From: an uncultured Phycisphaeraceae bacterium
GTDB lineage: Bacteria; Planctomycetota; Phycisphaerae; Phycisphaerales; UBA1924
Assembly (NCBI GenBank): GCA_964529265.1
Contig: CAZGVW010000033.1
Location: forward strand, 12,454 to 76,453
Direction of reading: 5' to 3'
Length of the DNA: 64,000 nucleotides
In this document: positions 60,079-64,000 of the stretch, one piece after another
Layout: the number at the start of each line of letters is the position of its first letter
How positions within the stretch are numbered: the first letter of the stretch is position 1
The notes under the pieces: generated by a model
What the model was told of the DNA's origin: nothing
What the model saw: the letters and a program-made list of their open reading frames with translations, nothing else
Database searches by the model: none
Position numbers and translations under genes: made by a program

Positions 60079-61287
60079 GTGTGGTGGAGTGTGGCGATGG
60101 CGGGGTGCGTTGCGCCCGCGGCGTGTGCGCAGCGGGAGGGGGGAGGCGCATCGGCGGAGGAGGCGATCGCGAAGTTCGAGGTGCGGGAGGGGTATCGCGT
60201 GACGCTGGCGGTGGATGATCTGCCGGGGGCGCGGTTTCTGGAGGTGGATGATCGGGGGACGCTGTACGTCTCGCTGCCGGGGGCGGGGGAGATCGTGGCG
60301 CTGCGGGATGCGGATGGGAACGGCGTGTATGAGACGCGGGCGACGTTTGTTTCGGGATATCCGACGGCGCACGGGATGCAGTGGTCGCACGGGTGGCTGT
60401 GGTTCACGCAGACGCGGGCGGTGCACCGGGCGCGGGATACGGATGGGGATGGGGTTGCGGACGATGTGGAGGAGGTGATTCCGGAATCACGGCTGGGCGC
60501 GGGAGGCGGGAACCACTGGTGGCGCTCGATTCTGGTGACGGATGATGCGGTGTACACGTCTGTGGGGGATTCGGGGAACATCCGCGACGAGGCGGACACG
60601 GAGCGGCAGAAGATCTGGCGGTTCGGCCTGGATGGATCGGGGAAGACGCTGTTCTGCTCGGGGATCAGGAACACGGAGAAGTTGCGTCTGCGGCCGGGGA
60701 CCGGGGAGGTGTGGGGGTGCGACCATGGGTCGGACAACTTCGGGGGGCGGCTGGGTGAGCGCATGGGGCGAGCGCAGCCGGTGACGGACCGGTTTCCGCC
60801 GGATGAGCTGAATCACTACGTGGAAGGGGGGTTTTACGGGCACCCGTTCATCGTGGGGCCGGGGTTGCCGCGGTATGAATCGATGGATCGGCGCGACGTC
60901 GTCGAACTGGCGGAGAAGACGGTGGTTCCGGAATGGGGATTCCCGGCGCACTGCGCGACGAATGGGTTCGCGTGGGTTGATCCGGCGGTGAACAAGGCGA
61001 CGGGGGCGTTTCCGGCGGATCACGGGGGCGACATGTTCGTGGCATGCCACGGGTCGTGGAACAGGGTGGATCGATCCGGGTATTCGGTGGAGCGTGTGCT
61101 GTTCGATGGGGGGAATCCGTACGGGATGCTGACGATCGTGCGGACACACGAACCGGGGGGTGAGAGGTTCCGAGGGGTGCATGCGCGGCCGGTTGATTGC
61201 GTGCAGGCGGCGGATGGGACGATTCTGTTCAGTTGCGATTTCACGGGGCGGGTGTATCGGATCGGGCATGAGCGCGCGGGCGGGTGA
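60079..61287 (+). CDS. PQQ-dependent sugar (sorbosone/glucose) dehydrogenase-like beta-propeller
   Basis: A signal-like N-terminus is followed by the motifs DELNHYVEGGFYGHPF and GIRNTEKLRLRPGTGEVWGCDHGSD. The start is uncertain (60079 or 60097). Confidence 0.7.
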   Translation: MWWSVAMAGCVAPAACAQREGGGASAEEAIAKFEVREGYRVTLAVDDLPGARFLEVDDRGTLYVSLPGAGEIVALRDADGNGVYETRATFVSGYPTAHGMQWSHGWLWFTQTRAVHRARDTDGDGVADDVEEVIPESRLGAGGGNHWWRSILVTDDAVYTSVGDSGNIRDEADTERQKIWRFGLDGSGKTLFCSGIRNTEKLRLRPGTGEVWGCDHGSDNFGGRLGERMGRAQPVTDRFPPDELNHYVEGGFYGHPFIVGPGLPRYESMDRRDVVELAEKTVVPEWGFPAHCATNGFAWVDPAVNKATGAFPADHGGDMFVACHGSWNRVDRSGYSVERVLFDGGNPYGMLTIVRTHEPGGERFRGVHARPVDCVQAADGTILFSCDFTGRVYRIGHERAGG

Positions 61288-61291
61288 GTGG

Positions 61292-61915
61292 ATGGCTTGC
61301 GCGGGCGCTGCGCTGGCGGTGGCCGGGGCGGCGGGGTGTTCGCCGGAGGCGGGCTCCAACGGTGGCCATGGCGCGGGTGGCGGCGAGGCGGTGGAGTTGA
61401 CACCTGCGCCCGCGGGGCTGGTTGAGCCGCTGGCGCGGGGGCCGATTTCGTACTTCCAGCAGAGGTGCGCGGCGTGCCACGGGGCGCATGGGTCGCAATA
61501 CCTGCCGGGGTTTGCGTCGAGGGAGGGTGCTCGGGACCTGCGAACGGTGGTGGAGGAGATGGCGGCGGGGCCGGCGATGTCGCCGGTGGATGGGGAGGAT
61601 CTGGAGGCCCTGACGGCGTTTCATCGGGCGTTGAGCGCGGGGGCGCCGTTTGTGGCGTGGTTGGGGCGCGATGGGGGCGATCTGGTTGGTGAAGTGATGC
61701 CGGGGGCGGGGGCGGAGGTGGAGGTGCGCGTGGGGGACAGGTCGTTCATGGCGGAGGTGAACGGGCACGCGTGGCGCGCCGCAGTGGGGGATGCGAAGGG
61801 GGAGGTGATGGTCAGGGCGGTGCGGGAGGGGAGGGAGGCGGTGGTTTTGCTTTCGGAGCGCGCGTGGAGCGAGGTTGGGGAGACGGCGGATGGCGGCGGG
61901 CGCGCAACGGAGTGA
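61292..61915 (+). CDS. Lipoprotein c-type cytochrome (single haem)
   Basis: The lipobox is AGAAGC and the haem-binding site is CAACHGAHG. An alternative start is 61268. Confidence 0.7.
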   Translation: MACAGAALAVAGAAGCSPEAGSNGGHGAGGGEAVELTPAPAGLVEPLARGPISYFQQRCAACHGAHGSQYLPGFASREGARDLRTVVEEMAAGPAMSPVDGEDLEALTAFHRALSAGAPFVAWLGRDGGDLVGEVMPGAGAEVEVRVGDRSFMAEVNGHAWRAAVGDAKGEVMVRAVREGREAVVLLSERAWSEVGETADGGGRATE

Positions 61916-62005
61916 GCCTCGTCGCATTTGTGCGAAGGACGCCCGGCGCAGGTCGATATATTCGGGCTGTGCGCCTGCGGCGGGCGCGATCTGAGCGAGC
62001 GTGGC

Positions 62006-63607
62006 ATGAGGCTGGGTGATCTGGTTGCGGGGCTGGATGTGCGTCTGGGCAGCGCGGAGGCTGCCTCGCTGCGCATCTGCGACGTGACGGAGGACAGCCG
62101 GACGGCGCTGCCGGGTTCGCTGTTCATCGCGCGGAAGGGGGAGAAGCACGATGGGCGCGCGCACATTGCGCAGGCGATGGGGGCCGGGGCGGTGGCGGCG
62201 CTGGTGGAGGATGACGGGTCGCTGTTCGATGCGCATGGGGCGGCGGTGGCGCTGGCGCGCGATGTGACGGGCGTGTGCGCGGCGGTGGCGGAGCGGTTCT
62301 ATGGGAATCCGTCGTCGCGCCTGCTGCTCATGGGCGTGACGGGGACGAACGGGAAGACGACGATTGCGCACCTGACGCACCAGATTCTGAACGGCGCGGG
62401 GGCGCCGTGCGGCCTGATCGGCACGGTGTCCATGGACACAGGGGATGGCCCGACGCCCTCGTGGATGACGACGCCATCCGCCCTCGAAACGAGCCGGCTG
62501 CTGGCGATGATGGTGGATGCGGGATTGAAAGCCGCGGCGATGGAGGTCTCGAGCCACGCGCTGCAGCAGAAGCGGGCGGATGCGCTGGAGTTCGATGTCG
62601 GCGTGTTCACGAACCTGACGGGGGACCACCAGGACTATCACGGGACGATGGAGGCGTACGCGGCGGCGAAGGCCCGGCTGTTCGAGCGGCTGGATGAGTC
62701 GGCGTGCGCGGTGGTGAATCTCGATGATCCGGCGTGGGAGCGGATGGTGCGCGAATGCAAGGCGCGGGTCATCGGCTGCACGCTGGCTTCGGGCAGCCGG
62801 GAAGTGAGCGGCGGCGCGAAGGTCGTGGACGTGTGCCGGGCGGCGGCGCCATCGACGTCGATCGGCGGAATGATCGTGAGCCTTGCGGGGCCGTGGGGCG
62901 AGTTCGAGACTCGGACTTCGCTTGTCGGGCGGCACAACGTGATGAACATGCTGCAGGCGGCCGCGACGGCGCATGCGATGGGCGTGAGCGCAGCGCAGAT
63001 CGCTGCAGGTCTTGAGCGCGCGACAGCGCCGCCGGGGCGGCTCGAGCGGGTGGCGCTCAGGGGTGGTTGCGATCCGGGGTTCGCGGTGTTCGTGGATTAC
63101 GCGCACACGGATGATGCGCTCGTGAACGTCCTGACGGCGCTGCGGCCGATGGTCCCTGCCGGGGCGCGGCTGCTTGTCGTGTTCGGCTGCGGCGGCGATC
63201 GGGATGCAACGAAGCGGCCCCGGATGGGCGCCGCGGCGGCGCGGTTGGCGGATGAGGTGATCATCACGAGCGACAATCCGCGGACGGAGGACCCGGAGGA
63301 GATCACGCGGCAGGTTGCGGCGGGAATCCCCGCCGAGGCGTGCTCGCGCGTGGAGATCGAAGTGGATCGGGAGCGGGCCATCGGCCTCGCCGTCGCGCGA
63401 GCGCGGCCGGGAGACATCGTCCTGATCGCGGGGAAGGGGCACGAGGACTACCAGATTCTGCCGGATGGGCGGGGCGGTGTGATTCGGCGCGATTTCGACG
63501 ATCGGATTGTGGCGCGGGCTGCGCTGGCGCAGAGATTCGGTGTGGCGAGCGATGATGAGCCGCGGCCGCGCCGCGCGCGGAGACCCCGGCGATTGGAGCG
63601 AGCGTGA
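62006..63607 (+). CDS. murE: UDP-N-acetylmuramoyl-L-alanyl-D-glutamate--2,6-diaminopimelate ligase
   Basis: The P-loop is GVTGTNGKTT. The motifs DYAHTDDAL, GCGGDRD and the meso-DAP-specifying DNPR are present. Confidence 0.92.
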   Translation: MRLGDLVAGLDVRLGSAEAASLRICDVTEDSRTALPGSLFIARKGEKHDGRAHIAQAMGAGAVAALVEDDGSLFDAHGAAVALARDVTGVCAAVAERFYGNPSSRLLLMGVTGTNGKTTIAHLTHQILNGAGAPCGLIGTVSMDTGDGPTPSWMTTPSALETSRLLAMMVDAGLKAAAMEVSSHALQQKRADALEFDVGVFTNLTGDHQDYHGTMEAYAAAKARLFERLDESACAVVNLDDPAWERMVRECKARVIGCTLASGSREVSGGAKVVDVCRAAAPSTSIGGMIVSLAGPWGEFETRTSLVGRHNVMNMLQAAATAHAMGVSAAQIAAGLERATAPPGRLERVALRGGCDPGFAVFVDYAHTDDALVNVLTALRPMVPAGARLLVVFGCGGDRDATKRPRMGAAAARLADEVIITSDNPRTEDPEEITRQVAAGIPAEACSRVEIEVDRERAIGLAVARARPGDIVLIAGKGHEDYQILPDGRGGVIRRDFDDRIVARAALAQRFGVASDDEPRPRRARRPRRLERA

Positions 63608-64000
63608 GTTTCTGGACACACGACAACATTCGCGCGGTGACCGGGGGCGCGTGGATTCTGCGCGCCCCGCCGCCTCAGGCCGCGCTGACAGGTGTAGGCA
63701 TCGATAGCCGCACGATTGCGCCGGGCGAAGCCTTCCTCGCGCTCCGGGGCGAGCGATTCGACGGGCATGACTTCCTGCCGGCCGCGAATCGCGCGGGGAG
63801 TCCTCTGTTCATCGTGGAGCGGGAGGTCGCGCTTCCATTGGATCTCGCCTCCGCGATCTCCGTGTTGCGTGTGCCGGATTCGCTCGAGGCGCTCACCAGA
63901 CTGGCCACGGCGTATCGGCGCACGCTCGAGGGCACGCGGGTCATCGCCGTAACCGGATCGAACGGCAAGACGACGACCACACGGCTGATTCATTCCGTGC
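63604..64000 (+). CDS. murF: UDP-N-acetylmuramoyl-tripeptide--D-alanyl-D-alanine ligase, 5' part (runs off the window)
   Basis: The start forms a GTGA overlap with murE. My translation reads VSFWTHDNIRAVTGG...GIDSRTIAPGEAFLALRGERFDGHDF...AVTGSNGKTTT. Confidence 0.85.
   Translation, partial: MSFWTHDNIRAVTGGAWILRAPPPQAALTGVGIDSRTIAPGEAFLALRGERFDGHDFLPAANRAGSPLFIVEREVALPLDLASAISVLRVPDSLEALTRLATAYRRTLEGTRVIAVTGSNGKTTTTRLIHSV

Noticed and set aside
1-64000. A search for mobile elements, prophage genes, toxin-antitoxin or defence systems, tRNA/rRNA genes and CRISPR arrays.
   Set aside because: I recognised no transposase, integrase, recombinase, phage structural, nuclease/helicase defence or Cas-like ORFs in any frame. 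No intergenic region is long or structured enough to hold a tRNA or rRNA. Only two AT-shifted genes (194-763 and 55114-55707) hint at acquisition.

Overview
This is a very GC-rich bacterial chromosomal segment. PEP-CTERM sorting, several lipoproteins and planctomycete-style hypothetical proteins point to a Gram-negative lineage, possibly PVC/Planctomycetota (inference only). I found no rRNA, tRNA, CRISPR array, transposase or integrase. Almost every gene from about 4.4 kb to 52 kb is on the + strand, and many pairs are coupled by ATGA/GTGA/TGATG start-stop overlaps.

Content, left to right:
- A structured non-coding edge.
- A small, more AT-rich minus-strand accessory pair: a secreted papain-like Cys peptidase and a PEP-CTERM protein with thioester-domain-like Cys/Gln motifs.
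- A TPR protein, then pgpA and pgsA.
- A detached nuoJKLMN block with unusual insertions.
- An operon of lipoprotein, DUF58, TgpA transglutaminase and cyclodeaminase.
- Several conserved hypothetical envelope proteins (Zn-ribbon, LolA-like lipoprotein, RDD, large TPR).
- A flagellar super-cluster of about 27 kb (22.6-49.6 kb). It is headed by a FlgN-like chaperone, a sensor-less histidine kinase and a sigma54 activator, followed by flgBC-fliEFGHIJ-ylxF-like-fliK-flgD-orf-flgE-fliL-fliN-fliOPQR-flhBAFG-small TM orf-fliA.
- A folK-GNAT fusion, a secreted protein with a thioredoxin-like C-terminus lacking CxxC, a DUF4139 protein and two coupled membrane proteins (one more AT-rich).
- A YdiJ-like FAD/Fe-S dehydrogenase, an M24 peptidase, a PQQ-type sugar dehydrogenase with a cytochrome c, and murE plus the start of murF.

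Most interesting signals:
- G10, G8 and G9 homopolymers, with a canonical G-quadruplex motif, inside the flagellar kinase gene and fliF. These are candidate phase-variation switches.
- A well-spaced sigma54 promoter upstream of flgB, with an inverted repeat and a 3 x 10-bp phased repeat.
- A near-consensus sigma28 promoter driving an unknown 2-TM protein just before fliA.
- Bacillus fla/che-like gene order, but without fliM or the che genes.
- The thioester-like PEP-CTERM protein next to the peptidase.

All functional calls come from reading the translated ORFs and motifs by eye. No database search was run.
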